The notes: generated by a model not told the origin, from the letters alone. Counted from the first letter of the stretch, positions 20,815 to 31,368 are shown. The stretch: DNA of 64,000 nt from Nostoc sp. (GCA_036918135.1 JBALDB010000029.1:32001-96000), one strand, 5' to 3'. A program made the numbers and translations.

Positions 20815-22122
20815 ATGACTATTTTCCAAGTTGCTTCTCCCCTAATTACGATCGCAGCACAAACTCGCCAAGCTTCAAGTAAGCTGGCGATTCTCTCGAC
20901 TGAAGCAAAAAATCAAGCAATTGCAGCGATTGCCGAAGCTTTAGAATTAGCTCAAGATGAAATTCTCAAAGCAAATATCGCTGATTGTGAAGCTGCTACT
21001 ACGGCTGGAATTGCCAAACCACTTTATAAGCGCTTGCAGTTAGATGAACATAAATTAAGAGATGCGATCGCTGGGGTACGAGATGTTGGTAAACTAGCCG
21101 ATCCAGTTGGAGAAGTACAGATTCACCGCGAACTCGACACTGGTTTAATTCTCAAGCGGATTACTTGTCCTTTGGGTGTTTTGGGAATTATTTTTGAAGC
21201 CCGTCCAGAAGCAGCAATTCAGATTGTTTCTTTAGCGATTAAATCTGGAAACGGCGTTATCCTTAAGGGTGGCAAGGAAGCTGTACTATCTTGTGAAGCG
21301 ATAGTTAAAGCAATTAAACAAGGATTATCGCATACTGCTGTTAACCCTGATGCCGTACAATTGCTCACAACCAGAGAGCAAACTCTAGAACTTTTAAAGT
21401 TAGATAAATATGTAGATTTAATTATTCCTAGAGGCTCTAATTCTTTTGTCAGGTTTGTGCAAGAAAACACACGCATTCCGGTATTAGGTCACGCCGATGG
21501 AATTTGTCATTTATATATAGATAAAGCTGCTGATATTTCTGTTGCCGTTCCCATTACAGTGGATGCCAAAGCCCAATATCCTGCTGTTTGTAATGCGATT
21601 GAAACTTTACTGGTTCACTCAGCGATTGCTAAAGAATTTTTACCAAAAGCTGCTCAGGCTTTAGCAGAACGCCATGTAGAATTAAGAGGCGATGCAAGTA
21701 CTTTAGAAATTTTACCTCAGATTAAAACTGCAACAGAAATTGACTGGGAAACAGAATACAGCGATTTTATTTTGTCTATTAAGATTGTAGATTCTATAGA
21801 AGATGCGATCGCTCATATTAACGAATATGGTTCTCGCCATACAGATGCGATTATCTCTGAAGATTTAGTGGCAGTAGAAACTTTCTTTGGGCTAGTGAAT
21901 TCAGCCAATATATTCCACAATTGTTCCACCAGATTTGCTGATGGTTTCCGTTATGGTTTCGGTGCAGAAGTCGGAATTAGTACTCAACAAATGCCTCCCC
22001 GCGGCCCTGTTGGCTTAGAAGGATTGGTAACATATAAATATCAAATGACTGGTGATGGTCATATTGTGGCTACGTATACTGGTGCGAATGCAAAACCCTT
22101 TACTCATCGGGATTTAGGATAA
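20815..22122 (+). CDS. proA: glutamate-5-semialdehyde dehydrogenase
   Basis: [37 protein letters not shown] and RGPVGL motifs. Confidence 0.95.
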   Translation: MTIFQVASPLITIAAQTRQASSKLAILSTEAKNQAIAAIAEALELAQDEILKANIADCEAATTAGIAKPLYKRLQLDEHKLRDAIAGVRDVGKLADPVGEVQIHRELDTGLILKRITCPLGVLGIIFEARPEAAIQIVSLAIKSGNGVILKGGKEAVLSCEAIVKAIKQGLSHTAVNPDAVQLLTTREQTLELLKLDKYVDLIIPRGSNSFVRFVQENTRIPVLGHADGICHLYIDKAADISVAVPITVDAKAQYPAVCNAIETLLVHSAIAKEFLPKAAQALAERHVELRGDASTLEILPQIKTATEIDWETEYSDFILSIKIVDSIEDAIAHINEYGSRHTDAIISEDLVAVETFFGLVNSANIFHNCSTRFADGFRYGFGAEVGISTQQMPPRGPVGLEGLVTYKYQMTGDGHIVATYTGANAKPFTHRDLG

Positions 22123-22141
22123 ACTCCCTAAGTAACTAGCT

Positions 22142-23554
22142 TTAAACTAATGCTTTCAACAAAGCCTGAAGTTTAAGTTGCACTTCTGCAAATTCCTTCT
22201 CAGGATCGGAGCCAGCTACAATACCAGCACCAGCATACAATCTCGCGCGATCGCCATCTATCAATGCTGAACGAATTCCCACAATAAACTCACAGTTTCC
22301 TTGGGAATCTATCCAACCTAGAGGCGCAGCATATAAACCTCTTTCAAAGCTTTCATAACGACGAATTTCGGCACAAGCAATATCCCGTGCTGCACCGGCA
22401 ACAGCTGGTGTAGGATGCAATTGGGCAACAATCTTTAATGGATGAATGTTAGCCGGAACTACAGCACTAATTGGTGTCCATAAATGCTGGATGTTGGATA
22501 ATTGTCGCAGACGAGGTGCTAAGATTTGCGGTAACAAACCAAGCTGGCATAGGCGTTGAGTTATAAAATTAAGCACCAGCGAGTGTTCGTGTCTTTCTTT
22601 TTCACTATTGAGTAAGTGATTAGCATTAGCCGCATCTTCAGCCGGAGTTTTACCTCGTGGTGCAGAACCAGCCAAAGCATCAGTGATTAACTGCTGATTA
22701 TTAATACTAATTAATCGTTCCGGACTTGCACCAATAAAGTTTTGTCCTTTACCATTGCTTGTAGAGAAAATATAACAATTTGGATGTATTTCTCTAAGAT
22801 TATTTAATGATTTAACCAAATCAAAACGATTGCTTGACTTGACATCTAGTACATCTGCTAAAACAATCTTACTTAAATGACGAGACTGGATTTTTTTCAA
22901 AGCAGAAGCCACTGAATATTTAAATTGCTCGGCATTTGTGAGAGATTTTTGATAATATTTTGTCGAAAAATCGATATTTGGAGAATAATGTTTTAAAGAT
23001 TGGAGAAATTCAATTTTTGTTTGGACAGTGTGCAACAATTTTTGAATATTGACATCAGCATTTAGCGCGACATTTGTTACTAATATACAACTCTGATTTT
23101 TTACAGCTACTTGCCAACGGGGCAGAAAAATGGTAGCCGATGGAAATGGATAATCAACTTCGGAATTTTTCTCAAAAAAGCTGAAATAACAAAAAAAATG
23201 AGGCCCAGAAAAAGGTTGATTAGAGTTACCAAAATTAATTATATTTTTTAGACAAGATTTGATAAAATACTCAGCTTTAGTAAAACGATCTGTGCCATCA
23301 ATTTGTAATTTTGCGACAGCATCAATTGCGGCGATCGCTTCTCCTTTGCCTTTATCCTCAAAGTAAAAATTTATTTCATTTGCTTGTGTAAATCGATCCA
23401 ATACAAGTAAAGGGTCAACTAAATCAATCTGTTGGGAAATACTAACAATTTGCCTGCAATTATTTTTGATGCACTTTTTTTGCACTGTTAAAAGAAATTG
23501 ATATAAATCTTTGTGCTGTACAGACAAGTTGCTACGACATGGTAAAACTGTCAT
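22142..23554 (-). CDS. menF: isochorismate synthase
   Basis: GASPERL, ALAGS, KERHEH, HPTPAVAG and YAGAGIV motifs; men cluster context. Confidence 0.92.
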   Translation of the reverse strand: MTVLPCRSNLSVQHKDLYQFLLTVQKKCIKNNCRQIVSISQQIDLVDPLLVLDRFTQANEINFYFEDKGKGEAIAAIDAVAKLQIDGTDRFTKAEYFIKSCLKNIINFGNSNQPFSGPHFFCYFSFFEKNSEVDYPFPSATIFLPRWQVAVKNQSCILVTNVALNADVNIQKLLHTVQTKIEFLQSLKHYSPNIDFSTKYYQKSLTNAEQFKYSVASALKKIQSRHLSKIVLADVLDVKSSNRFDLVKSLNNLREIHPNCYIFSTSNGKGQNFIGASPERLISINNQQLITDALAGSAPRGKTPAEDAANANHLLNSEKERHEHSLVLNFITQRLCQLGLLPQILAPRLRQLSNIQHLWTPISAVVPANIHPLKIVAQLHPTPAVAGAARDIACAEIRRYESFERGLYAAPLGWIDSQGNCEFIVGIRSALIDGDRARLYAGAGIVAGSDPEKEFAEVQLKLQALLKALV

Positions 23555-23917
23555 GGATCTATCGATAGTAAATTTTTTTTAAGTTAACTTCCTAAAGTGT
23601 AATTAATCGTGGTCGTATTTTTACAGGTAACATATTAAGTTGTCATTTCACCAGCGTAAGATTTGCCTGATGGTGGTGTTCTTAGATGATGAGAAGCTAG
23701 TTGTAGCCTAGACTGCAACTTTAGTATCACAGTTATGAAGTCCAACCCTACGACCAAAAGCTAAGAATTTGATACCCAACAATCAAAAGTCAGAATTTAT
23801 CAGGAGCCTAGTATGATTAGTATATTCATTGATGAAATGTTATTCTGAATTGGAGAAATTTGACAATAAAAATCTTTTGTATAATTGAGATTCTGAGAAT
23901 TTAATTAATCACGACTG

Positions 23918-24814
23918 ATGACTACCAAGCAGATTTTATATCCCAACACTAAGTTATGGATGGCAGCGATTAAACCGCCGATGTACAGCGTTGCCATCAT
24001 GCCCATTTGGATAGGAACAGCAGTAGCATATGCCCAAACAAAAGTTTTTAATGGAGCAATATTTTCTATTTTTGTAGCTGCGGCAATATTGATTCTTGCC
24101 TGGGAAAATATTAGTAATGATGTTTTTGATTCAGAAACAGGTATTGATAAAAATAAACACCATTCTCTGGTAAATTTAACTGGCAATAAACCATTAATAT
24201 TTTGGTTAGGAAATTTGTGTTTAGGTTTGGGGTTGCTGGGTATAGTAGCGATCGCTCTTTGGCAACAAGACCTAACTGTTATCGGTATAATTCTGCTGTG
24301 CTGTGGTTTGGGCTATATGTACCAAGGGCCTCCCTTTCGCTTAGGATATCAGGGTTTAGGTGAAATTATTTGCTTTTTTGCCTTTGGCCCCTTAGCAGTG
24401 GAAGCAGCATACTACAGCCAAACTCAAACTTGGTCAATGACGAGTTTAGCAGCCTCAATCATTGTCGGTATTGCCACAACCTTGATTTTGTTTTGTTCGC
24501 ACTTTCACCAAGTTAAAGATGACATAGCGGCAGGCAAGCGATCGCCTATCGTTCGTCTTGGAACCGAAAAAGGTGCCCAACTTCTAGTTTGGTTTACTGG
24601 CAGTATTTATCCTCTCACCTTGTTGTTTGTACTGTGGGGAATTTTTCCAGCTTGGACACTGCTGAGTTGGCTGAGTTTACCCTTTGCCGTCAAATTATGC
24701 CGCCACGTCCAAGAAAATCATCATCAGCCAGACAAAGTTAGTAACTGTAAATTCATCGCCGTCGCCGTGCATTTCTGGAGTTGCTTGCTGTTGGGCTTGG
24801 GATTTGTGTTTTAG
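23918..24814 (+). CDS. menA: DHNA phytyltransferase
   Basis: AAIKPPMY, NDVFDSETG, YQGPPFRLGY and DDIAAGK motifs. Confidence 0.92.
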   Translation: MTTKQILYPNTKLWMAAIKPPMYSVAIMPIWIGTAVAYAQTKVFNGAIFSIFVAAAILILAWENISNDVFDSETGIDKNKHHSLVNLTGNKPLIFWLGNLCLGLGLLGIVAIALWQQDLTVIGIILLCCGLGYMYQGPPFRLGYQGLGEIICFFAFGPLAVEAAYYSQTQTWSMTSLAASIIVGIATTLILFCSHFHQVKDDIAAGKRSPIVRLGTEKGAQLLVWFTGSIYPLTLLFVLWGIFPAWTLLSWLSLPFAVKLCRHVQENHHQPDKVSNCKFIAVAVHFWSCLLLGLGFVF

Positions 24815-24877
24815 TCATTAGTCATTGGGCATTTCCAAAGGACAAATGACAACTCTGATGGAGTTTAATTTTCCGAT

Positions 24878-25867
24878 GTGATTTACAGATTCAAATTTCG
24901 TCCTTATCGGCGAAGATTTGTGCGAACGCTTACCACCAATCATGGTAAATGGGATATTCGGGATGGGATTATTCTGCGTCTTAGCGACGAATCAGGAAGA
25001 GTTGGCTGGGGAGAAATCGCGCCCATTAGCTGGTTTGGTTCGGAAACCATAGAACAAGCTTTAGATTTTTGTCGCCAACTCCCAGCAGAAATCACAGAGG
25101 AAACGATTTTCTCCATTCCAGATGAGTTACCTGCTTGTCAATTTGGCTTTGAGTCAGCGTGGGAGATGTGTAAAGAGGATGCGGAGAATGAAATCGATGA
25201 ATTCACCGCGTCCTATTCTCCGTCCTACAGCGCCTTACTACCTGCTGGGGAAGCAGCTTTAAATCAATGGCAAAGTTTATGGCAGCAGGGATATCGCACA
25301 TTTAAATGGAAAATTGGTGTAGATGCGATCGCCCATGAACTCAAAATTTTTGAGTTATTGACACATACTTTACCAGCTTCAAGCAAACTGCGATTAGATG
25401 CTAACGGTGGACTCAGCTATGAACAAGCTAATTTATGGCTATGGACTTGCGACAATCTCAAAGCAAATCGAGAACTAGCCCCAGAAATTGAATTTATCGA
25501 ACAACCACTACCCGTTGAACAATTTCAGGGGATGTTGGAATTGAGTATGTTTTATGGAACTGCGATCGCTTTGGATGAATCTGTCGCCACATTAAAGCAA
25601 CTGATTGCTTGTTATCAGCAAGGTTGGCGAGGAATTTTTGTGATTAAACCTGGAATAATCGGCTCGCCATTTCTTTTGAGAAAATTTTGCCAACAGCATA
25701 ACATTGATGCTGTATTTTCATCAGTTTTTGAAACTGCCATTGGTAGACAAACAGCACTCCGACTAGCAGCTGAATTATCCCGAAATAACAGAGCAGTTGG
25801 TTTTGGCATTGACCATTTTTTTGAACAAGAAGATACGTGGCTTCAAAGTCTATGGAACGACCTTTAG
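24878..25867 (+). CDS. menC: o-succinylbenzoate synthase
   Basis: FKWKIG, LRLDANG, EQP and ALDES enolase-superfamily motifs. Confidence 0.92.
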   Translation: MIYRFKFRPYRRRFVRTLTTNHGKWDIRDGIILRLSDESGRVGWGEIAPISWFGSETIEQALDFCRQLPAEITEETIFSIPDELPACQFGFESAWEMCKEDAENEIDEFTASYSPSYSALLPAGEAALNQWQSLWQQGYRTFKWKIGVDAIAHELKIFELLTHTLPASSKLRLDANGGLSYEQANLWLWTCDNLKANRELAPEIEFIEQPLPVEQFQGMLELSMFYGTAIALDESVATLKQLIACYQQGWRGIFVIKPGIIGSPFLLRKFCQQHNIDAVFSSVFETAIGRQTALRLAAELSRNNRAVGFGIDHFFEQEDTWLQSLWNDL

Positions 25868-27321
25868 ACTGTCTTAATAACCTGGCTGAAAATGATTGGT
25901 TGATTGGTTACGATAGCCGTCAATTTAACCAAATAGCTCAAGAATTATATTTAGAACTAACAAATTTATTAGTGTGGGAAACTCCACCAAAAATCATCTT
26001 AGCTGAACGCGAACCAGTAAAATTTTTAGCAAGTTTTCTTGCCGCTTGTGCAGCTAATTGTCCAGTTTTTCTTTGTAACCCTGACTGGGGAACGCAAGAA
26101 TGGCAACAAGTCTTTGATTTAGTACAGCCAGATATTATTTTGGGAATAGTGAATAGGGCATGGGGCGTAGAGCATGGGGCAAACAGGGAGTGTGGGAGGT
26201 GTGGGAGGATGGGGAACAAATCTTGCCCCCCTCTCTCCCCACACTCCCCACACTTCCCTCTCTCCTCATCTCCCTATCTCCCCATCTCCCCACTAATCAT
26301 GATTCCCACTGGTGGTTCATCGGGACAAATTAAATTTGCTATCCACACTTGGGAAACTCTCATAGCATCTGTACAAGGATTTACAAAATACTTTCAACTA
26401 AACCAAGTCAATTCGTTTTGTGTATTGCCGATATATCACGTCAGTGGTTTAATGCAATTTATGCGCTCTTTCACCAGCGCAGGTAAACTAGTTATTCAAC
26501 CATTCAAAGCTTTAGAATCTGGTCAAATATTGAATATTCAACCCTCAGAATTTTTTATATCTTTAGTACCAACTCAATTACAAAGACTTCTACAAAATCC
26601 TGAATTAACAGAATGGCTAACTCAATTTCATACTGTACTTTTGGGAGGTGCGCCAACATGGAGCGAACTATTAGAAAAAGCGAGATTTCATCGTATCCAA
26701 TTAGCACCAACCTATGGTATGACAGAAACAGCCTCTCAAATTGCTACTCTCAAACCAAATGATTTTTTGAATGGTAAAATTAGTAGCGGTCAAATTCTTC
26801 CCCATGCCCAGGTAACTATTCATAATCAGCAAGGCGAAATTCTAAATTCTAATCAAATAGGAAATATCACCATTCAAGCTCAATCTCTAGCGCTTGGTTA
26901 CTATCCGATGATTAAAGAAAGTCAGGATTATTTCCAAGTAGATGATTTAGGCTTTTTAGACGAGCAAGGTTATTTAAATATTGTCGGACGAAATAGCGAT
27001 AAAATTATTACAGGCGGAGAAAATGTTTACCCAGTAGAAATCGAATCAGCCATACGAGCAACTCAAATGGTTACCGATATTTGCGTGATTGGTATTCCAG
27101 ATAAACACTGGGGACAAGCCTTAACAGCAATTTATATTCCCGAAAAATCAAATACTTCCGCTTTAAAAATCCAAACTCTACTCGAAGACAAACTCAGCAA
27201 ATTTAAAATTCCAAAATATTGGATTCCCCAACCAAACTTACCGCGTAACTCTCAAGGTAAAATTAACCGTCAGCAGCTACAACGAATAGCTATTGAATTC
27301 CTACAAAATACCCTTAAATAA
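25852..27321 (+). CDS. menE: o-succinylbenzoate-CoA ligase
   Basis: [16 protein letters not shown] and TGGENVYP motifs; ATG at 25852 chosen. Confidence 0.92.
   Translation: MERPLDCLNNLAENDWLIGYDSRQFNQIAQELYLELTNLLVWETPPKIILAEREPVKFLASFLAACAANCPVFLCNPDWGTQEWQQVFDLVQPDIILGIVNRAWGVEHGANRECGRCGRMGNKSCPPLSPHSPHFPLSSSPYLPISPLIMIPTGGSSGQIKFAIHTWETLIASVQGFTKYFQLNQVNSFCVLPIYHVSGLMQFMRSFTSAGKLVIQPFKALESGQILNIQPSEFFISLVPTQLQRLLQNPELTEWLTQFHTVLLGGAPTWSELLEKARFHRIQLAPTYGMTETASQIATLKPNDFLNGKISSGQILPHAQVTIHNQQGEILNSNQIGNITIQAQSLALGYYPMIKESQDYFQVDDLGFLDEQGYLNIVGRNSDKIITGGENVYPVEIESAIRATQMVTDICVIGIPDKHWGQALTAIYIPEKSNTSALKIQTLLEDKLSKFKIPKYWIPQPNLPRNSQGKINRQQLQRIAIEFLQNTLK
26153..26292. repeat. G-rich/C-rich bipartite dispersed repeat, copy 3, in frame within menE
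   Basis: Shares GCATGGGGCAAACAGGGAGTGTGGGAGG and AAATCTTGCCCCC with copy 1. Confidence 0.85.
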
Positions 27322-27760
27322 CCTCTCTTGCCCTTCTTCTCTCCGCGCCCTCTGCGCCTCTGCGGTTCGTTTCCAACCACTGAGTTATTTCATCAGGTAA
27401 TTCCTCCTTAACTCTACTACTTACATCAATACAAACATGTCGAGTAATAGCCTTAGCAACTACCACCTCTCCTACACTAATTTCATAAGTAATTTCAAAC
27501 TTATCAACACCTAATTTCTGAGGGATTAAGTTAATCAACAACTTGTCCCCTACAAACATAGGACGCAAAAAATCTACACTAGCATGAACAATGGGGAAAG
27601 CCACAGATGGAGTATTAAAAAAATCTTTGAGATTAATAGTTGATGCTTCTAGAGATTCTTCATAAGCTTCATGACAAATACACAAAACATTGGCAAAATA
27701 AACTACTCCAGCAGCATCAGTATCTTGAAAGCGAACCGTGCGGTTATAAGTAAAAGACAT
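27314..27760 (-). CDS. 1,4-dihydroxy-2-naphthoyl-CoA hydrolase (hotdog thioesterase)
   Basis: [16 protein letters not shown] motif; men cluster context; ATG at 27760. Confidence 0.88.
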   Translation of the reverse strand: MSFTYNRTVRFQDTDAAGVVYFANVLCICHEAYEESLEASTINLKDFFNTPSVAFPIVHASVDFLRPMFVGDKLLINLIPQKLGVDKFEITYEISVGEVVVAKAITRHVCIDVSSRVKEELPDEITQWLETNRRGAEGAERRRAREVI

Positions 27761-27847
27761 TTTTGATAATTTGATATTCAAAAAGAAAAACAGTAACCAA
27801 TAAGCCTGCTTTGCTTAATTTGGCGATCGCTTCTATATTAACCGCAA

Positions 27848-28294
27848 CTATGGAACCTGAAAATCATTAAAAGAGCAGAAATTGTAAGACGAAGTGCTTA
27901 AAGCTTTCACCAGCTTACCGTCGAGAGTTAGCAAAGTAGCACCTACCTGCTGTGAAAGCGCAACATAAGAACCATCATAGGCAGAGATTTTATAATTCAA
28001 GGCAATACTAACTGCATCCGCCATCAAATCAGCTGTGGAGACGACACGCAACGGGAAGTTTTTGAGAGTTGCTAAATCTCCTGGTACATCAGCAACAGCA
28101 TAAAGATTGGCGCGGACGTACTTCCAAATGATGTTGCCACACTCAATGTAAAACAGGTCAGGTACAAAGATTTCTGTCTGAGGATTACCAAGATAAGCAA
28201 ACAGGTGATTAACTTTTGCCGTTAGTGGATCGTCAGGTATAAATTGCTTAATAGCTACACTGGCATCTACAACGCACCTGAGAGGAATAGTCAT
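27848..28294 (-). CDS. PIN-domain VapC-family toxin
   Basis: VVDASV, YDGSYVAL and LLTLD motifs; 4-bp overlap with upstream antitoxin. Confidence 0.88.
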   Translation of the reverse strand: MTIPLRCVVDASVAIKQFIPDDPLTAKVNHLFAYLGNPQTEIFVPDLFYIECGNIIWKYVRANLYAVADVPGDLATLKNFPLRVVSTADLMADAVSIALNYKISAYDGSYVALSQQVGATLLTLDGKLVKALSTSSYNFCSFNDFQVP

Positions 28295-28557
28295 CTGTCT
28301 CGGTCTTCTCGGATTAATGCAGTACTATCAGGCCATTCCACATCAGTCCGACGACTCTCACGACGGAGACGGATTTCCTCTAGAAGTTTTGGGACATTTT
28401 TTCGCCTTTCCTCTTCCGTAGGCTGCATTTTTGCCTCCAAAGCATTCTGCAAAATTGTAATAACTTGAGCATCAATTGAATTATTTTCAGCTTTAGCTAA
28501 CTCTTGCAGTTGTGCGTATAACTCATCAGGTATATTGAGCGCATGAAGGGTAGCCAT
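28291..28557 (-). CDS. FitA/Arc-like RHH antitoxin
   Basis: MATLHALNIPDELYAQLQELAKAENNSI; C-terminal DSTALIREDRDR; GGAGG RBS. Confidence 0.8.
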   Translation of the reverse strand: MATLHALNIPDELYAQLQELAKAENNSIDAQVITILQNALEAKMQPTEEERRKNVPKLLEEIRLRRESRRTDVEWPDSTALIREDRDR

Positions 28558-28625
28558 TGATTGACCTCCCAAAGAATTTACTGCTAATGGTAGCACGATG
28601 CAAGCAATGAGCGACTTTAGAGGAA

Positions 28626-28665
28626 CTGTTGACTGTTAATCATCAACAGTCAACAGTCAACGGTC
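28626..28665. repeat. STRR-type heptamer (CAACAGT) in inverted arrangement
   Basis: CTGTTGACTGTT...CAACAGTCAACAGTCAAC. Confidence 0.7.
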
Positions 28666-28667
28666 AT

Positions 28668-29048
28668 CTATTTATTAAGTGTTTCAATCGCTTCTTGGAT
28701 CAATTGCTTAGTCTTGTGAAGATTTAGCAGCCTAGTTTGGTCGTAGCGTTCAGGCAGAGGAAGTAACTTACCCTCTAGTGTTGCCCGAATCAGCGCAGCT
28801 TGTTCATCAGTAGGTTCTCCCATTTCATAAAGCATCGTGCCCAGCGCTTCGGTACTTCTCCAACTAGGATTTCTTAAACCTGTTTTGTGGTCTTGGAACT
28901 GCCTAATAGCTTGCACAGTAAAAGCTAATAATGGAGTAATCCAGCTTGTTTTATACCCTAGACTCCCTACTGGCTTGACTCCGTACCGTGCAGCTAAATC
29001 TTTCAATTCTTTAAGGGTTTTGCTTTCAAGTTCAGAACGTGTAAACAT
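28668..29048 (-). CDS. hypothetical protein with Rho-N/HeH-like N-terminus
   Basis: ELESKTLKELKDLAARYGV resembles Rho termination factor N-terminal helix pairs. Confidence 0.65.
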   Translation of the reverse strand: MFTRSELESKTLKELKDLAARYGVKPVGSLGYKTSWITPLLAFTVQAIRQFQDHKTGLRNPSWRSTEALGTMLYEMGEPTDEQAALIRATLEGKLLPLPERYDQTRLLNLHKTKQLIQEAIETLNK

Positions 29049-29119
29049 AGAAATGCCTAATTTTGTAATTGGGTTTGGCAGCTATCCCAACTTGCGAGGC
29101 TCGGCTAGCTGCCAATTAA

Positions 29120-29145
29120 ATTATCGCACGAAGTCTTGCGATAAT
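29120..29145. promoter_or_regulatory. palindromic operator candidate between divergent genes
   Basis: ATTATCGCA-N8-TGCGATAAT perfect inverted repeat. Confidence 0.6.
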
Positions 29146-29169
29146 ATTGATATAAAGAAAAATATTTTT

Positions 29170-29382
29170 ATGCCTAATTACGAAGAAAAACCTTATTTAA
29201 AAAAGCATCAATTTACCACTAATCGGGAAGAACCATTAACCGCAAAAATAACTCTTAGGCTTCCCCCATCAATGCTGGAAAAATTAAAAGGTTTAGATAA
29301 CTACCCAGAATTTATCAGGCAAGCAATTTCGGATGCGCTAAATAAGCTAGAAAATTCAAATGACGGTACAGAAGATTCATAA
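29170..29382 (+). CDS. small CopG/RHH-like DNA-binding protein (70 aa)
   Basis: KITLRLPPSMLEKLK...EFIRQAISDAL strand-helix-helix pattern; ATG at 29170. Confidence 0.7.
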   Translation: MPNYEEKPYLKKHQFTTNREEPLTAKITLRLPPSMLEKLKGLDNYPEFIRQAISDALNKLENSNDGTEDS

Positions 29383-29776
29383 TCTATAGCAATCTTGCAT
29401 GATTTGTGAAAATTACTTTTTTAACGAACCGCAAAGGACGCAAAGAGCGCGAAGGTAAGAAAGATAAAATAATTTAACTAATTATTTAGGACAACTATAG
29501 ACGAATAACATCTAATAAAAATAGTTGCTATCTCTCTGCGCTTTACATACCTGCGGTGAAAAATTTATTGGTAATAGTAGCACGATCTAAATGTGGGGAA
29601 GAGAGGGGCGATCGCTATTATTGTTAAAATTTTAGTTTTACTTTTTCTGTGTAAAATACTGCACAATCGCAAAAAATGTTCCCTTGCTGTCTAAATCAAA
29701 ATTAAGCATTTTTGCTGAGGCTGTTAGCAGTTCTAAAAAATGAAGCTGGAAAAACAAGTTTTTATTTTAAAAACCT

Positions 29777-30680
29777 ATGTCAATTGTAGATTTTCTTGTT
29801 TCTGTAAATGGCGTAGCTCAATTGTGGGCTGCTGATGGACAATATCTAGGCGTTTTATCAAGTAATTTATATGACCCAAACTCTATACCTCTTCTGTCAC
29901 TTTCCGGAGAAAGTAAGTAAGCTAAATCATCCAGAAACTTTTTTCTATCTCCGGTTTCATCTATTACTACTGTAATCGCCTGACCATTCAATGCCTGCTT
30001 AAGTCTCTTTAATCTTCGTTGTTTTAATTCATCTACTGACCAATCTGAATTGGCTAGAAAATGATGTAATGACTGGGCTGAGTTTATACTTACCACCTTC
30101 GCTATTTCTGGTAACGATTTTCTTTTTATCGTTGATATTATCCCCAAATGTAAATATTTAAAGCACTCATAATTTCTTACCTCTTTGAACAGGTCTTTAT
30201 ACTCTGTACAATATTCATCAATGATGGCAACTGTTGGGTGAGCATAAGAGTGCCAAATGTTTGAGGATTTGTAATTCTACATCCATTGCCCTGCCTACCT
30301 GAAGAGAGTTTTTTCTTTTAATCCTTTTATTCAGAATACTCGGAAAGTGACAGAAAAGGGATATTAGTAATCTTCATAGTGACTACGGTAGTTCGCATAG
30401 TATATACAGCATTCGTAATTTACATGGATTATATGGTAGTTCGTTTGGCATATACAGTCCATACAATACCTTCTGCATCAATCCTCCTATCGTCTTCTAC
30501 CAAGCTCAACCAGTGCTGATGCTTACAAAAAATCCTCATGTTATCAGTAATGGTTTACCTATCGTTGACCCTGACTTATTACTGGGGGTGTATGCACAAC
30601 TTGCAAACTCCGTTCCAATATCAAACTCCAATTTAGGATTAATGCAGTCTATTACTGATATGTTTAGATCTGGATTTTAG
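29777..30680 (+). pseudogene. hypothetical protein gene (141 aa when rejoined) interrupted by an IS remnant
   Basis: 29777-29885 plus 30364-30680 rejoin in frame: MSIVDFLV...GQYLGVLSSNLYDPNSISNLHSDYGSSHSIYSIRNLHGLYGSSFGIYSPYN...FRSGF*. Confidence 0.85.
29886..30361 (-). mobile_element. internally deleted IS701-family element (476 bp)
   Basis: TIRs TACCTCTTCTGTCACTTTCCG / CGGAAAGTGACAGAAAAGGGA; flanking TA(T) duplication; frameshifted transposase N-terminus ending at IDETGDRKK. Confidence 0.85.
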
Positions 30681-30724
30681 ACTAAGCAACAAGAAAAGAT
30701 ATAGCAGGGCTGAATTAATGATTT

Positions 30725-31010
30725 CATGTAATCTGCTGTCAACCATGTTTAGACAGCTAGTAAATCAATTTGTTCTGGATTCATGAAATAAATAATTCTA
30801 TATGAACCTTCAATCACTAATCACTTCTCTGATTTGCTCAGTTTTAAACTAAGACACAACTTGACTTGACAAAGGAAATTGAGCAATCTGTTCAGAACGC
30901 CTAGTGATACGGTCAACTATCCTCGCTGCATATTGTGGATAAGTTTGGGCAATATAACTATAAATTGCAAAGAGATTTTCCACCGCTGTTTCTGTCCAGT
31001 AAACTTTCAC
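30725..31010 (-). pseudogene. RelE/ParE-family toxin pseudogene
   Basis: GTG overlapping antitoxin stop; VKVYWTETAVENL...QFPLSSQVVS*...IREVI, then a 7-bp duplication frameshift, then EGSYRIIY. Confidence 0.8.
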
Positions 31011-31195
31011 TCTGGTATTCCAAATTTTTTCCGCACTTCTTGTACAGAAATCACATTACCAGCTTTGCTATCCGCTAGTCCAGCTTCAACAGTTTGCCGA
31101 ACATAAATTTGGTACATCAAATCATCCCATGTAGAATTCTCTGGCAATCTGTCAATTAATTTATGGGCTTCTTCTTTAATGTTGAGATTTTTCAT
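31007..31195 (-). CDS. putative antitoxin (62 aa)
   Basis: IDRLPENSTWDDLMYQIYVRQTVEAGLADSKAG; coupled to the ParE-like gene. Confidence 0.75.
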   Translation of the reverse strand: MKNLNIKEEAHKLIDRLPENSTWDDLMYQIYVRQTVEAGLADSKAGNVISVQEVRKKFGIPE

Positions 31196-31283
31196 TACTT
31201 GCTTAGCAAATATTTTTTGCATCCATTTGAACATATTGTAGATGCAAAAAATTTAGTTGGATTTTATAACAACATTTATCCAA

Positions 31284-31368
31284 CGGAGAAGGGGAGATTC
31301 GAACTCCCGGAACCTTTCGGTTCATCCGATTTCAAGTCGGACGCAATCGACCACTCTGCCACCTCTCC
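31284..31368 (-). tRNA. tRNA-Ser(TGA)
   Basis: GGAGAGG acceptor stem, anticodon loop CTTGAAA, long variable arm, GTTCGAATC. Confidence 0.95.

Noticed and set aside
28837..29169. N-terminal extension of the 181-aa ORF
   Set aside because: It overlaps the antisense gene and the operator region; the RHH-like part starts at ATG 29170.
29592..29614. Possible att duplication of the tRNA-Ser 3' end
   Set aside because: Similarity is short and gapped, and is explained by a purine run plus a HIP1 site.
29818..30147. 109-aa ORF as a functional transposase
   Set aside because: It is truncated just after the first catalytic Asp, frameshifted upstream, and reads out through the TIR.
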